Positions 1 to 10,480 are shown, counted from the first letter of the stretch. The stretch is 64,000 nt of DNA from Candidatus Levyibacteriota bacterium (GCA_027334565.1 DAHWUP010000002.1:82240-146239); one strand, 5' to 3'. Numbers and translations: made by a program. Notes: generated from the sequence alone by a model not told the origin.

Positions 1-488
1 ATGAATTAACTAAATTTTATTCGTCCACCAGCTCTTTCGGAATATCCGATATAAAAAATGGTCAAACGCTGGGAATATTGGGACTTTATAATAAAGACTC
101 AAGAAGACTTCTGGCACGTGAAATATACGCGATGTCCACGCCTTCAAACATTGTAATAGGAATAATTTCCGATATAGACAGGGTTAATTATGAGATCACG
201 CTGACTGAAGAAAACGGGAATAAGGTCATATTTGAAATTCAGGATACAACTAAAACAAGCGTATATTCCCAAAAATCACTGGCAAGATCCGGTTTTTCCA
301 AAACCCAGACAGAACAAACTGCGGTTATAACCGGGACGCCCGATCCACAATCCCATGGAAAATTCCTGGCCGACAGAGTGATCATTTTACCGAATATCGA
401 TATGTCGTCCTTTTTAAAATCAGGAAATATTCCGGCTTCCGCCTCAGCCAGCGGTTCGGGTTTGGAATTTAATCTTCCCGGAAAATAA
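1..488 (+). CDS. Hypothetical protein, 5'-truncated by window edge (beta-rich, DUF5666/OB-like repeats)
   Basis: Frame appears open upstream of the TTG at 78 to the window edge; repeated beta-strand pattern (GIISDID..., VITG...ADRVII). Confidence 0.55.
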   Translation, partial: ELTKFYSSTSSFGISDIKNGQTLGILGLYNKDSRRLLAREIYAMSTPSNIVIGIISDIDRVNYEITLTEENGNKVIFEIQDTTKTSVYSQKSLARSGFSKTQTEQTAVITGTPDPQSHGKFLADRVIILPNIDMSSFLKSGNIPASASASGSGLEFNLPGK

Positions 489-525
489 CTTTACATTCAA
501 GCCACCTTAAAGTTATAATTTACTC

Positions 526-1542
526 ATGATCGAAGAATTAAGAAAAGAGTTTACGCCGTTCAAGTTTTTGGTATATCTTTTAATAATCGCGGTTTTAATT
601 TATCTGCTACAGATTTTTTCAAATGTAATCGCCAACTTTTCCGATGTTATCTTTACCATCATAATCGCCTGGCTTTTAAGTTTTATCCTCGAACCGGTTG
701 TTAACCTAACTTCCGGATTACTTAAGTTAGAAAGAATTTTTGCCGCTCTTTTGGTCTATCTTCTACTCGGAGCGCTGATTGTAATCTTGTTCCTTATCTT
801 CATCCCGCTTGTCTCTTCGCAGTTGCAGACACTGGCGACACTCGTGCCTCAATATTTTTCCGCTTTCCCGCAGTTCGTTAAAACTTGGGATAATTATATC
901 GGGAATTCGGCAGGAACCGTGATCACATTTATTCCTTCGGTTGCCGGAATGCTTATCGATTTAATATTATTGGTATTTTTATCTTTTTATCTAATTGTTG
1001 ATAAAGACCGAATAAACAATGAGATTTATAGACTTACCCCAAAACAATGGCACAAAAATATGGGATTTGTACAAAAGGTAATCGATGAAAGTTTTGCCTC
1101 GTTTTTACGAATCCAGTTCATTTTCGGAGTGATAGGCGGTATTTCAACTTTGCTGGTTTTGGTGGTCTTTGGTATACCATATGCCATAGCCATAGCGGTA
1201 TTAGCCGGTATTTTAACAATCATTCCACTTATCGGACCAGCACTGGCTCTTATTCCTCCCATATTTATCGCTTTAGTAACCAATCCCCAGAATCCGATAA
1301 TTCCTTTAGCCATTTTGGTAATTTTACTGATTATCCAGCAAATAATTTACAATTATGTGGGTCCCGAGCTGATGGGCAAAGCATTCAAGCTTCATCCTAT
1401 CATTGTTTTACTGTCAATCGTGATAGGTTTTAGGATCGCCGGGGTGTTGGGCGCAATTCTGGTCGTACCGGTATTGGGAATTGTCGTAATCGTACTTAAA
1501 GAACTGGGCTATCATTTCATTAACCCGGATGAATCTTCTTAA
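526..1542 (+). CDS. AI-2E (PerM/UPF0118) family transporter
   Basis: Polytopic membrane protein; IPLIGP, IQQIIYNYVGPELMG and LHPIIVLLS..G..G..GAILVVP motifs. Confidence 0.9.
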   Translation: MIEELRKEFTPFKFLVYLLIIAVLIYLLQIFSNVIANFSDVIFTIIIAWLLSFILEPVVNLTSGLLKLERIFAALLVYLLLGALIVILFLIFIPLVSSQLQTLATLVPQYFSAFPQFVKTWDNYIGNSAGTVITFIPSVAGMLIDLILLVFLSFYLIVDKDRINNEIYRLTPKQWHKNMGFVQKVIDESFASFLRIQFIFGVIGGISTLLVLVVFGIPYAIAIAVLAGILTIIPLIGPALALIPPIFIALVTNPQNPIIPLAILVILLIIQQIIYNYVGPELMGKAFKLHPIIVLLSIVIGFRIAGVLGAILVVPVLGIVVIVLKELGYHFINPDESS

Positions 1543-1628
1543 GAAATAAATTCCCGAATAGTTTTAGGATTATCTGATGATACTTCGGTTTTGTTGAGAC
1601 CAAATATTGTTCATGATACAATGAATTT

Positions 1629-2843
1629 ATGAAAGTTGAACCACGGACTTTAAAAGGTTTCCGCGATTTTCTGCCTCGCGAAGTTAAAAAAAGACAGTAC
1701 GTTTTGGAAATCCTTAAAAAGGTATTCGAGTCCTATGGTTTTGAGCCGTTGGAAACCCCAGCTTTGGAATATGATGAAATTCTGACGGGTAAATACGGAG
1801 ACGAGGGTGAAAAGTTGATGTACCGTTTCGAAGATAACGGCCGACGTAAGGTTGCCATGCGCTACGATCAGACCGTTCCTCTGGCAAGAGTCGTCGCTCA
1901 ATACCAAAACGAGGTACAGTTACCTTTTAAGAGATATCAAATCCAAAACGTCTGGCGCGCGGAGAATACGCAAAGGGGAAGATATAGAGAGTTCTTGCAG
2001 GTCGACGCGGATATTGTCGGCACCTACTCTTCCCTGGCGGATGCGGAAATTATCGCAACGGCGAAAAAATGTTTGGAAGAATTAGGATTCAGAAATTTTA
2101 AAATACTGGTTAACGACAGATTTATTTTCAACAACTTGTCCTTACCCGAATTCGAATCCCTTACGGAACCCGAACTTGGACCCTTCATAAGAAGTTTAGA
2201 CAAGTTGAAAAAAATTGGTGAAGAAAAGGTATTGGAAGAATTGATTCAAAGCGGATTTGAAAAAGAAAGGGCGAAAACTATTTTGCAAGTGGTTCAAAAC
2301 CAGAAAACACCGACCGGTTTATCGGAGGTATTTTCTGCAGCTGAAAATTTGGGTGTGAAGAAAAATGATATACAATTCCTACCCACCTTGGCTCGCGGAT
2401 TGGATTACTATACGGGCATGATATTTGAGATAGAGGTCGAAGGTTTTAATGCTGGATCGGTCGCCGGAGGAGGAAGGTATGATAATCTAATAGGCATATT
2501 CGCCGGCAGGGATATTCCGGCCGTCGGTTTTTCTTTCGGCTTTGACAGACTAATGGAAGCCATGGAAGCTTTATCTCTTTTCCCGAATAAATTTTCCGTT
2601 ACAAAAGTCTTGGTAACATACAATAAATATGCTCCCGAAATCGGGCAGACATTAAGGGAAAATGATATCAACGCAGAAGTTTATCCGGATGAAAAGGATC
2701 TGGAAAAACAATTAAAATATGCCGATAAAAAGAACGTGCCTTACGTGATGTTTTTAAATGGCGATTCATTTATCCTCAAAGACATGATTAAACAATCTCA
2801 GGAAGAACTTCCTCTTGAGGAAATTATAAAGAAATTGAAATAA
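1629..2843 (+). CDS. hisS: Histidine--tRNA ligase
   Basis: GFRDFLP, LETPALE, RYDQTVPLAR, RGRYREFLQ, LARGLDYYTG, GGGRYD motifs. Confidence 0.98.
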   Translation: MKVEPRTLKGFRDFLPREVKKRQYVLEILKKVFESYGFEPLETPALEYDEILTGKYGDEGEKLMYRFEDNGRRKVAMRYDQTVPLARVVAQYQNEVQLPFKRYQIQNVWRAENTQRGRYREFLQVDADIVGTYSSLADAEIIATAKKCLEELGFRNFKILVNDRFIFNNLSLPEFESLTEPELGPFIRSLDKLKKIGEEKVLEELIQSGFEKERAKTILQVVQNQKTPTGLSEVFSAAENLGVKKNDIQFLPTLARGLDYYTGMIFEIEVEGFNAGSVAGGGRYDNLIGIFAGRDIPAVGFSFGFDRLMEAMEALSLFPNKFSVTKVLVTYNKYAPEIGQTLRENDINAEVYPDEKDLEKQLKYADKKNVPYVMFLNGDSFILKDMIKQSQEELPLEEIIKKLK

Positions 2844-2851
2844 TTTCTTTT

Positions 2852-3769
2852 ATGAGCGTTACCAAAAAATCGATTTTATTTTTGATTATTTCCAATATTA
2901 TTTGGGGGGCCGGCTTTCCGATTTATAAATGGACCTTGGAGGCGTTAAATCCGTTTGTTTTTGCTTTCTTAAGGTTTTTTCTTGCGGCTTTGATAGTATT
3001 ACCTTTTACCTATAATAATTTAAAGATCGCCAAGAAGGATATTCCGGCCCTGATTCTGGTTTCGGTCGTGTCTATTACACTCCAGATTATGTTCCTTTTT
3101 TTCGGATTGAAGTATTCGCCAAGCATCAACGCTCCGATCATACTTTCGTCGGGGCCGATCATCTTAATAATCGCCTCTGCATTTTTTCTTAAAGATATAG
3201 TCAAACCGAAAATGCTGACGGGTACCTTAGTGAGTCTGATCGGAGTTTTGATCGTTATGTTCAGGCCTGTTATAAATAATATGAATCATATAAATCTGAT
3301 ACTTGGAAACGTTTTATTGTTTTTATCCATGCTCTGTGGGGTTGCCCAATATATGATGCTTAAGAAGATCATGTATGACAACCGACCTTTAACAATTGTT
3401 TTCTGGAGCTTTATAATCGGCTCTCTACCGCTTATTGTACCAATCTTATTTTTCAATCCGACCGGTCTACAAATGTTGACCAACATGAATTTGCAGGCGG
3501 TTTTGGGACTCTTGTACGCGACGATCTTCTCTTCGGTAGTTGGATACTGCTTTTTATATTACGGGATAAAATACATCAAAGCCTCGGAAATCGGCATTTT
3601 TTCCTATGTAGACCCTCTCGCAACGATTATAATCGCCGTTCCTCTTTTATCCGAAAAAATAACCGGGTTATATCTTTTGGGATCTTTCCTTGTATTCTTG
3701 GGAATTTTTATCGCCGAGGAAAGGATACATTATCATCCTATCCGTAAACTTTTAGAAAATGAACTCTGA
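2852..3769 (+). CDS. DMT/EamA family transporter
   Basis: About 10 TM helices in two EamA repeats; IWG..F, LRF, GLKY, P...EKI motifs. Confidence 0.9.
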   Translation: MSVTKKSILFLIISNIIWGAGFPIYKWTLEALNPFVFAFLRFFLAALIVLPFTYNNLKIAKKDIPALILVSVVSITLQIMFLFFGLKYSPSINAPIILSSGPIILIIASAFFLKDIVKPKMLTGTLVSLIGVLIVMFRPVINNMNHINLILGNVLLFLSMLCGVAQYMMLKKIMYDNRPLTIVFWSFIIGSLPLIVPILFFNPTGLQMLTNMNLQAVLGLLYATIFSSVVGYCFLYYGIKYIKASEIGIFSYVDPLATIIIAVPLLSEKITGLYLLGSFLVFLGIFIAEERIHYHPIRKLLENEL

Positions 3770-3770
3770 T

Positions 3771-4340
3771 TCAATGAGGTGAATAACCCCCGATCGGACC
3801 GTAATACTCAATCGTATCTGTCTTTGTCTCATCGGGAATTCTTAAATCCAGAATATAGTCGTCGCTATGTAAAAGACTATTTTTAAAATAACGAAGCAGT
3901 AAGCCTGAGAGTTTCTTGCCATGCCTTGATACAGAATCTATTTGAAAACGCGGCAAGTTACTGTTTCCTTCCCTGTCGGACCATAACGAAAAACTTACCG
4001 TATCGGTCAACAATCCGTTAAGACCGGCGCTTTTAGAAATATCTCCGTGTGACGTAGAACCATGTTCCATCGCTGTCCAATAAAGAACATTATCTGCCAT
4101 TATGCCTTTAACCTGTACGCCTTCATTAATATATCGTTGCCAAAGTCCTGAATATGAATCCGGGAAGATTCTTTGCCTGAATAAATCGTTACTCATAAAT
4201 GGTTCCGTACCGGAAGTATCAGACCCGGACGACCGGTCATTTTCCGCTAACGGCCTCCTTCGATGTTTTATTATTCTGGGTACGAATCCAAGGTATTCGT
4301 CACCTGTAACAAAAGTTTCGGCCGCGGTTGGATCTGGCAT
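3771..4340 (-). CDS. Hypothetical protein (ORFan)
   Basis: Open frame; start moved to ATG 4340, which has TATACT 6 nt upstream. Confidence 0.6.
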   Translation of the reverse strand: MPDPTAAETFVTGDEYLGFVPRIIKHRRRPLAENDRSSGSDTSGTEPFMSNDLFRQRIFPDSYSGLWQRYINEGVQVKGIMADNVLYWTAMEHGSTSHGDISKSAGLNGLLTDTVSFSLWSDREGNSNLPRFQIDSVSRHGKKLSGLLLRYFKNSLLHSDDYILDLRIPDETKTDTIEYYGPIGGYSPH

Positions 4341-4363
4341 AAAAAAAGTATAGCAGATTATAT

Positions 4364-4618
4364 TTAAGATAATTCGGACAAATCGCAAAGCATGGTTTTA
4401 ATGTTATCGGACAACGAATTCCATAACAGTGCGTGTTGATATTCATACTGTCGTCTATCCTCTTTACTCAGTGTTTCCGATTTTAGTTTTTCATCTGCCA
4501 AGCGCATAGCACCTATTATCGTTGCCTGCCCTACATCCCTTGGAAGCAAACTGTAATAGCCTTTTTTTGGCGAATCTCCCAAATATCCAATTTTTATGTT
4601 AGCCGTTCGCTCGATCAT
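4364..4618 (-). CDS. Small hypothetical protein
   Basis: ATG 4618 preceded by TG-A-TATAAT 7 nt upstream. Confidence 0.5.
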   Translation of the reverse strand: MIERTANIKIGYLGDSPKKGYYSLLPRDVGQATIIGAMRLADEKLKSETLSKEDRRQYEYQHALLWNSLSDNIKTMLCDLSELS

Positions 4619-4650
4619 AATCCTGATTATATCAAATATTATAGGATATT

Positions 4651-5247
4651 TCAACTTTGAGGGAAAAAGCCCGCTTTCTTCATTTCCCGGTACAAATTTT
4701 TATTGTACCTAAAAATGTATTCGACAAATTTTCCCCGGACATAACTGACCGTCAAACCGCTACTTTTGGCGAAATTCAGAATTTTTTCGCTTGCTTTATC
4801 CATTCCCATCCTATCTTTAATCAGTGTTTCAATTTCTATTAGACGATACCCGAAATCGATTTCGTCCACATCGATATTAAAACCTTTCTTTTTATATTTT
4901 TTTCTTTTTGTAACAAAAGACGCCACCTGTTTATAACCGGCCTTTGCAAGTGCTTTTTTGAAGTCTTTTTCCTCCGGCAGTTTTAAAATCTTTCCAATTC
5001 TTACCCCATCCGTTACTTCATCATATAAGTCCACCGAAATGTCGGTGTGCCCGATGGGACCGAGCGGAAGTTTTAGTTCTGGCTTTCCTTCACGTAACCT
5101 TAACCATCTGTCACTTAGAATTAACGAATAATCAGACATGTCAAAATAGCAATCGGAAAAAATAATCTCTTCCAATAGCTTTGCGCCTGTTAATAGCTTG
5201 TTCAATTGTTTCTTCGTTGGAGCAAATTTTTTCTCAACTTCGATCAT
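4651..5247 (-). CDS. CYTH-domain protein (triphosphate tunnel metalloenzyme, class IV adenylate cyclase-like)
   Basis: N-terminal ExExK (IEVEKKF), DCYFD, WLRLR, IDVDE, IEIE motifs. Confidence 0.9.
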   Translation of the reverse strand: MIEVEKKFAPTKKQLNKLLTGAKLLEEIIFSDCYFDMSDYSLILSDRWLRLREGKPELKLPLGPIGHTDISVDLYDEVTDGVRIGKILKLPEEKDFKKALAKAGYKQVASFVTKRKKYKKKGFNIDVDEIDFGYRLIEIETLIKDRMGMDKASEKILNFAKSSGLTVSYVRGKFVEYIFRYNKNLYREMKKAGFFPQS

Positions 5248-5314
5248 TTGACGATTATACCATCAAAAACATGGGACTTTAAATTACGTTTCACTGTATG
5301 TATAATCCATCTCG

Positions 5315-6529
5315 ATGCTTAGGGAACTTGATAAAGGTCCACAACCAAAAACAAAGGAGATGCCACGTTACGAAGGAGCCTTCATCCCTATAGACAACAT
5401 CAATGTCCTCAACCAGCCGCGACATAAGTTCGAGAATATCGAATTATTGGCTCAGGATATAGCCAGAAAAAACATCCTTAACCCTCTTACGGTTGCAGAG
5501 CTTGACGCCGGCCAGGCGCAAGATTACCTTGATACCATCAATGAAATCTGGCAGGCACAACACACGCTTGAAGAATTAAGGCCAACCGACGGGAAAGGCA
5601 CATATTACATCCTCATCGCCGGAGAAAGACGATTTAGGGCCTGTAAACATTTGGATTCCCGAGGCTGTTTCGATTGTCAGGAACACTACGGCGCGGGTCC
5701 GTGCTACCAGCGTCATTTTGGTAACAGGAACGTCGAAGTAAGATTGATGCGCAATTTCGACGCTTTGGAAGCAATTTCCACCCAGGCTTCGGAAAACACG
5801 CATATGAGAGTTCCGCCGGAAGAAGAAGCATTATTCTATGATAAGTTCTACCGGGTAAAAAGAAAATTGGATCCGAATTATTCTGTGGCTCATTTCGCCC
5901 GGGACGTCGGCAGAAGTCCCGACACTATCACCGCTGCGGTTCGCTTCTGCAGACTTCCCCAGGAAATTCAAGACTTTGTCAGAAACGAAACCCTAAGCTA
6001 CGGAATAGCGGTTGAACTGGAAAGAGCCAGAGAAAATCTTAATTTGGACGAAGCCGGACTTGATTTCTGGACCGTTAAGGCAATCGTCAGCCGCGTGACG
6101 GTACCGGAATTTCACAAAATGGTCTCTGGGGAAATAGAGAGACAAAGAAATAACCAGTCTGTGCTTGGACTGTTTAGCCAAATTCAGGAAGAGGACATGC
6201 GCAAAACTTATTTTAAACGGGTGGTTGCCAGAGAAATGATAAACGGTATATGGCAATTTATAAATTATTTCCAAAAGGTCGAGGGCTTATTTGAAGAAGG
6301 CAAATTAGGCAGTAACGATTCTCCGTTTTCTTTAAGATCACCCCTTCGTGTATACAAAACGATGATATCCTTGGAGAAAAGATTGCTGCCCCATTTCCGA
6401 GGCTTATTAACCGATGCGGAGCTTGAAGAAGCAGAAAGTGTTATTGACGAATCCGATTCGCTGATATCCCTTACCGAATCACTCATACATGCTCATGAAA
6501 ATACAGATATCGCTACTTTGATAAATTAA
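5315..6529 (+). CDS. ParB/Spo0J-like protein (orphan, with Cys/His insert)
   Basis: QPRHKF, ILNPLTV, IAGERRFRA box II, SEN, HTH-like VAHFARDVGRS; no adjacent parA. Confidence 0.85.
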   Translation: MLRELDKGPQPKTKEMPRYEGAFIPIDNINVLNQPRHKFENIELLAQDIARKNILNPLTVAELDAGQAQDYLDTINEIWQAQHTLEELRPTDGKGTYYILIAGERRFRACKHLDSRGCFDCQEHYGAGPCYQRHFGNRNVEVRLMRNFDALEAISTQASENTHMRVPPEEEALFYDKFYRVKRKLDPNYSVAHFARDVGRSPDTITAAVRFCRLPQEIQDFVRNETLSYGIAVELERARENLNLDEAGLDFWTVKAIVSRVTVPEFHKMVSGEIERQRNNQSVLGLFSQIQEEDMRKTYFKRVVAREMINGIWQFINYFQKVEGLFEEGKLGSNDSPFSLRSPLRVYKTMISLEKRLLPHFRGLLTDAELEEAESVIDESDSLISLTESLIHAHENTDIATLIN

Positions 6530-6562
6530 CTGCCGGCATATTGGAGGAGTTTCTCAAACTTA

Positions 6563-7042
6563 TCAAACATTCTTTTGTAGAAGTTCGCTTAACTTTTCAA
6601 AACTCTGGCTCCACCCGACCTCCATTCCCCTTAACGGCATTTCTGCTTCCGGAGTTGCTCTGGTCACAGCGATACGAAGAATCATTTTGGTCATTTTGTC
6701 AACTGTTTCTTTAAAAGTGATGGTCGTCGTATTATCGATGATCGGTTTATCATCCATAAGAGCTTGCGACTCATATACGATTTTTGATGGCTCGTCAATC
6801 TCTACGAACGTCCCCCGCATCGGATACCGGCTTCCTTTTTTAATTAGTCCTTCAAGGTCCTCCATAACCAGATAAATCTGCCCACCCGGCCTTACGTCCA
6901 ACTGACTGACAGGTGTTATAAAACCTTTCGGTCCCCACCATTTCGCCATTAGATTTGGATCGATCCAGTATTGAAAAACGTCTTTCCTGGGCGCATCAAA
7001 AATCCTAGTAAGCATTAAATCTTTCTTATTTGTCATTTTCAC
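6563..7042 (-). CDS. SRPBCC/AHSA1-domain protein
   Basis: TRIFDAPR..VF..W.DP..MAKWWGP, DVRPGG, GW..SFEKL. Confidence 0.92.
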   Translation of the reverse strand: MKMTNKKDLMLTRIFDAPRKDVFQYWIDPNLMAKWWGPKGFITPVSQLDVRPGGQIYLVMEDLEGLIKKGSRYPMRGTFVEIDEPSKIVYESQALMDDKPIIDNTTTITFKETVDKMTKMILRIAVTRATPEAEMPLRGMEVGWSQSFEKLSELLQKNV

Positions 7043-7124
7043 TCGCTTTCCTTTTACCCATACCTTCCAACTTTCGACTCTATGTTATCAAGATATACCT
7101 GATACGAGGTCCAAATCTACCCTC

Positions 7125-7508
7125 CTAGGGTACTTGAACTAAAGCCAATATATTCCCGGCGGGATCCTTAAACCAGGCAATGTCCGGCCCCATTCCGTCC
7201 ATGATTCCACGGACTATACCTTTTTCATCTTGGCTAAAACCTTCGTATATTTCAAGCCTTACGCCCTTACCGACAAGTTCGGAAACCGCGGAATCAATAT
7301 CGTCGACTACAAAATTAAGGATCGTGAAGGAGGCGGGCTTATGATCGTCTTTTTGATATACATACGCTTCACCACTTCCCGGGAAATGGACCCTTATGCC
7401 CATTTCATTCTCATCAACCCGAAGACCCAGAATATTTCCATAAAACTCCCTGGCCTTTTTTGCATCGTCTACCGAAAAACTACTGTTACCCGATTTTATT
7501 TTAAGCAT
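7125..7508 (-). CDS. VOC/glyoxalase family protein
   Basis: FSVDD..KAREFYG..LG, PASFTILNF.VDDID, AWFKDPAGN. Confidence 0.92.
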   Translation of the reverse strand: MLKIKSGNSSFSVDDAKKAREFYGNILGLRVDENEMGIRVHFPGSGEAYVYQKDDHKPASFTILNFVVDDIDSAVSELVGKGVRLEIYEGFSQDEKGIVRGIMDGMGPDIAWFKDPAGNILALVQVP

Positions 7509-7540
7509 AGTATTCCCACTAATTCCAAGAATAAATTGCG

Positions 7541-7942
7541 TTAATTGAGTTGCTCCATGTAATTTTCATCAGTTTCGTCCCAAGGCGTCACCAATTGAAA
7601 ATAATTACCGTCCAGATCGGCAAAAGTAGCGATCATCATTTCATCCGTATCTTTATTTCCCATTGAATACGACTTCGCGATAACTTTTGCTCCCAGACGC
7701 TTAATCCTCTCGAACTCTTTTTCTACATCCTCGGTCTCGAAATTGAGCATTATTCTTTCCGGGTTTTTACTAATGCCCTTGACTTTACCATGCGGACCTA
7801 TGGTAATAAATCCTTTTCCAACGGACAATCCGTAATAACCATCGCCTTCCATATCCAATTCCTTGCCGAAGACCTTCTGATAAAAGTCTGCCAATTTCTT
7901 TGGATTTTCCGAAAAAATGAGTATTGAATTGAAATTAAGCAT
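7541..7942 (-). CDS. VOC/glyoxalase family protein
   Basis: LADFYQKVFG, LNFET.DVE, F.DLDGNYFQL; AGAAAGGA upstream of ATG 7942. Confidence 0.88.
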   Translation of the reverse strand: MLNFNSILIFSENPKKLADFYQKVFGKELDMEGDGYYGLSVGKGFITIGPHGKVKGISKNPERIMLNFETEDVEKEFERIKRLGAKVIAKSYSMGNKDTDEMMIATFADLDGNYFQLVTPWDETDENYMEQLN

Positions 7943-8031
7943 TTTTTCCTTTCTCAATGAGTTTAGCTTAACCTGTATCTATATGCTGTGATTCGTTTTA
8001 CAACCTGAGGCTAAATATATGCGTTATTAAA

Positions 8032-8460
8032 TTAAGACGTGATTGTCTTTCTTGAGAGCCTATGGCTGGAATCGTTTAAAAATATTTTTGCAACTGCGTT
8101 TACCAGCTTTAACCTTAAATGTAAAGTTCGTTCATCCGGGATATTATTTAAAGAAACGGCGCGCAACGCATCAATCGGTTTACCGCCTATTGTCCCGGTT
8201 AGGTGAATCGTGCCGGATGTGATAAGCCCTTCAGAATCATAATCCGCAGCCACTATGACCTGGCAAGGGTCGTCTCCAAGCCTGACCTGCCTCACCGGTG
8301 TTTCAAAACTACCGTCCTTCTTATCCTCACCCTTGTGGTATCTGGTCACCAAGTCATCAACCCTTTTAAGATAAGAATCTACCATCTTGGTCCTTCTTCT
8401 TAAGTCCTTGCTTTCTTTAGGTGTGGAACCGTTTCCGGGAGTCCTTTCACGATTTCCCAT
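8032..8460 (-). CDS. Hypothetical protein (ORFan)
   Basis: 142-aa frame; TTGACA and TAAAAT elements just upstream. Confidence 0.6.
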   Translation of the reverse strand: MGNRERTPGNGSTPKESKDLRRRTKMVDSYLKRVDDLVTRYHKGEDKKDGSFETPVRQVRLGDDPCQVIVAADYDSEGLITSGTIHLTGTIGGKPIDALRAVSLNNIPDERTLHLRLKLVNAVAKIFLNDSSHRLSRKTITS

Positions 8461-8569
8461 ATTGTGGATATTTTAAACCATTAATTCGGATTGTCAACTT
8501 GAAAAAAGTTAATACAATAAATTACTGTTTTGGAGTGAGGACATCTGCCTAGCTTAGGTTTCACAAATT

Positions 8570-9223
8570 TTATTCGCTTCCCTTCCATTCGGCGTAAAAT
8601 TTTTGCAAAAAATCTTCCATATATTTGGTTCTTCCGATGGCAATTTTTTTAGCGGTTTTTGTATGCATTAGATCTTTTAAAAGTAAAAGTTTTTCATAAA
8701 AATGGTTGATTGTATGACTCTTTCCGGACTTATATTCTTCAAATGTGGTATGAAAATGCGGTTTTTGAGAAGGTTCGTAAATCGGTCTTCCCATGAATCC
8801 GCCGAAGGCAAAAGTCCTGGCGATCCCTATTGCTCCGATCGCATCAAGCTTATCGGCGTCAAAAACTATTTTACCCTCCAAAGTTTTAAGGTCATGTTTT
8901 ACTTTTGCCCCTTTAAAATTTATTCCGCCGACAATTTCAACCACTTTTGCTATCGTTTTTTCATCCACGTCCAAACCCTTGAGCCATTTTTCTGCTGTTT
9001 TCGGACCGATATTTTCGTCTCCTCCATGCAGTTTATAGTCGGCGATATCATGTAAAAGTGCTGCCAACTGCACCACGAACATATCCGCTTTTTCTTTCCT
9101 ACCTATTCGTTTTGCCAGTTGCCAGACTCTATGGACATGCCACCAGTCATGTCCGCTTCCCTCGCCCTGAAGGGTTTTTTTGGCGTAATCGGCCGTTTGC
9201 TTAATAATTGAAACCTCATCCAT
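8570..9223 (-). CDS. HD-domain phosphohydrolase (YedJ-like)
   Basis: GHDWWHVHRV, LLHDIAD, DADKLDAIGAIGIAR, HFYEKLL. Confidence 0.93.
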   Translation of the reverse strand: MDEVSIIKQTADYAKKTLQGEGSGHDWWHVHRVWQLAKRIGRKEKADMFVVQLAALLHDIADYKLHGGDENIGPKTAEKWLKGLDVDEKTIAKVVEIVGGINFKGAKVKHDLKTLEGKIVFDADKLDAIGAIGIARTFAFGGFMGRPIYEPSQKPHFHTTFEEYKSGKSHTINHFYEKLLLLKDLMHTKTAKKIAIGRTKYMEDFLQKFYAEWKGSE

Positions 9224-9283
9224 AAAATTTATTATAACATGGGGCTATTGTTTTAGGCTCAAACTTTAGGTATAATATTACGT

Positions 9284-9574
9284 ATGAAAACGACGATCCA
9301 TCCGCAATATTTTGAAGATGCAACGGTCATTTGCGCCTGCGGCAATACCTTTAAAACAGGCTCAACGCAACAAGTTATTCACGTAGAGCTTTGCTCTAAA
9401 TGTCATCCGTTTTATACCGGCGAGCAAAGATTTGTTGACACCGGCTCGAGGATAGAAAAATTCCAGAAAAAGCAGCAGGCCGCAAAACTGCATATAACCA
9501 AGAAAAAGGTAGCGGAAGAAAAGAAACCGCAAACCCCTAAGACTCTTCGAGAGATGTTGCTCGAAATCCAATAG
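9284..9574 (+). CDS. rpmE: 50S ribosomal protein L31 (Zn-ribbon type)
   Basis: [24 protein letters not shown]. Confidence 0.97.
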   Translation: MKTTIHPQYFEDATVICACGNTFKTGSTQQVIHVELCSKCHPFYTGEQRFVDTGSRIEKFQKKQQAAKLHITKKKVAEEKKPQTPKTLREMLLEIQ

Positions 9575-9589
9575 CCGACTTCCCCATTT

Positions 9590-10480
9590 ATGGACGATTA
9601 TCGACAAGTACAACTCGCGGATCTTAACAAAAAGATTGAAGAAACCAAAACACTTCTCTCCGACCCTCAAATGAGTGAGATGGCCAAGGAGGAAATCGAA
9701 ACTTTTGAGAAGCAAAGACAAGAAATTCTGGCAACCTATCAGACGGTAAGCGAAAACTCCGAAAATAACGGCGACTTGAACATTAGAAATGTTATCATTG
9801 AGGTTTCGGGCGCCGCGGGAGGAGACGAAGCGAGCATCTGGGCAAAAGAACTTCTAAGAATGTACTCAAGGTTTGCCGAGAATAAAAGATTCAAAGTCGA
9901 ACAGCTGGATGAAAATGTCATCAAAGTGGACGGCAAAGGGGCTTTTGAGATGTTTAAGTACGAAGCCGGTGTTCACCGCGTACAGCGGATCCCTGTAACG
10001 GAAAAAAGGGGCAGGGTCCATACTTCAACCGCAACGGTCTCAGTGCTGCCTGAACTTGAAGATATCGATTTGCATATCAATCCCGAGGACATCGATTTCG
10101 AAGCGTTTAGAAGCGGAGGACACGGCGGGCAAAACGTCAACAAGGTTTCAACCGCGGTAAGGCTAAAGCACATGCCGACAGGGATCGTGGTTACCTGCCA
10201 GACGCAAAGGTTTCAGGCGCAAAACCGCGAACTTGCCTTGGAAATGCTTAGAGCAAAACTCTGGGAGCAGGAGGTAGAAAAACAGCACGGCGAAATATCC
10301 AGCCTTAAGGCTACGCAGGTCGGAAGAGGCATGCGGGCGGAGAAAATCAGAACCTACAATTTTCCTCAGGACAGGCTGACCGACCATCGGATGAACAAAT
10401 CCTGGCACGACCTGCAAAGCGTGATGGACGGAAATTTGGATGATATTATGCTTAAAATGCAGGGACTTGAAACTAGTTAA
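9590..10480 (+). CDS. prfA: Peptide chain release factor 1 (short N-domain)
   Basis: [12 protein letters not shown] (PxT), [19 protein letters not shown]; follows rpmE. Confidence 0.95.
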   Translation: MDDYRQVQLADLNKKIEETKTLLSDPQMSEMAKEEIETFEKQRQEILATYQTVSENSENNGDLNIRNVIIEVSGAAGGDEASIWAKELLRMYSRFAENKRFKVEQLDENVIKVDGKGAFEMFKYEAGVHRVQRIPVTEKRGRVHTSTATVSVLPELEDIDLHINPEDIDFEAFRSGGHGGQNVNKVSTAVRLKHMPTGIVVTCQTQRFQAQNRELALEMLRAKLWEQEVEKQHGEISSLKATQVGRGMRAEKIRTYNFPQDRLTDHRMNKSWHDLQSVMDGNLDDIMLKMQGLETS

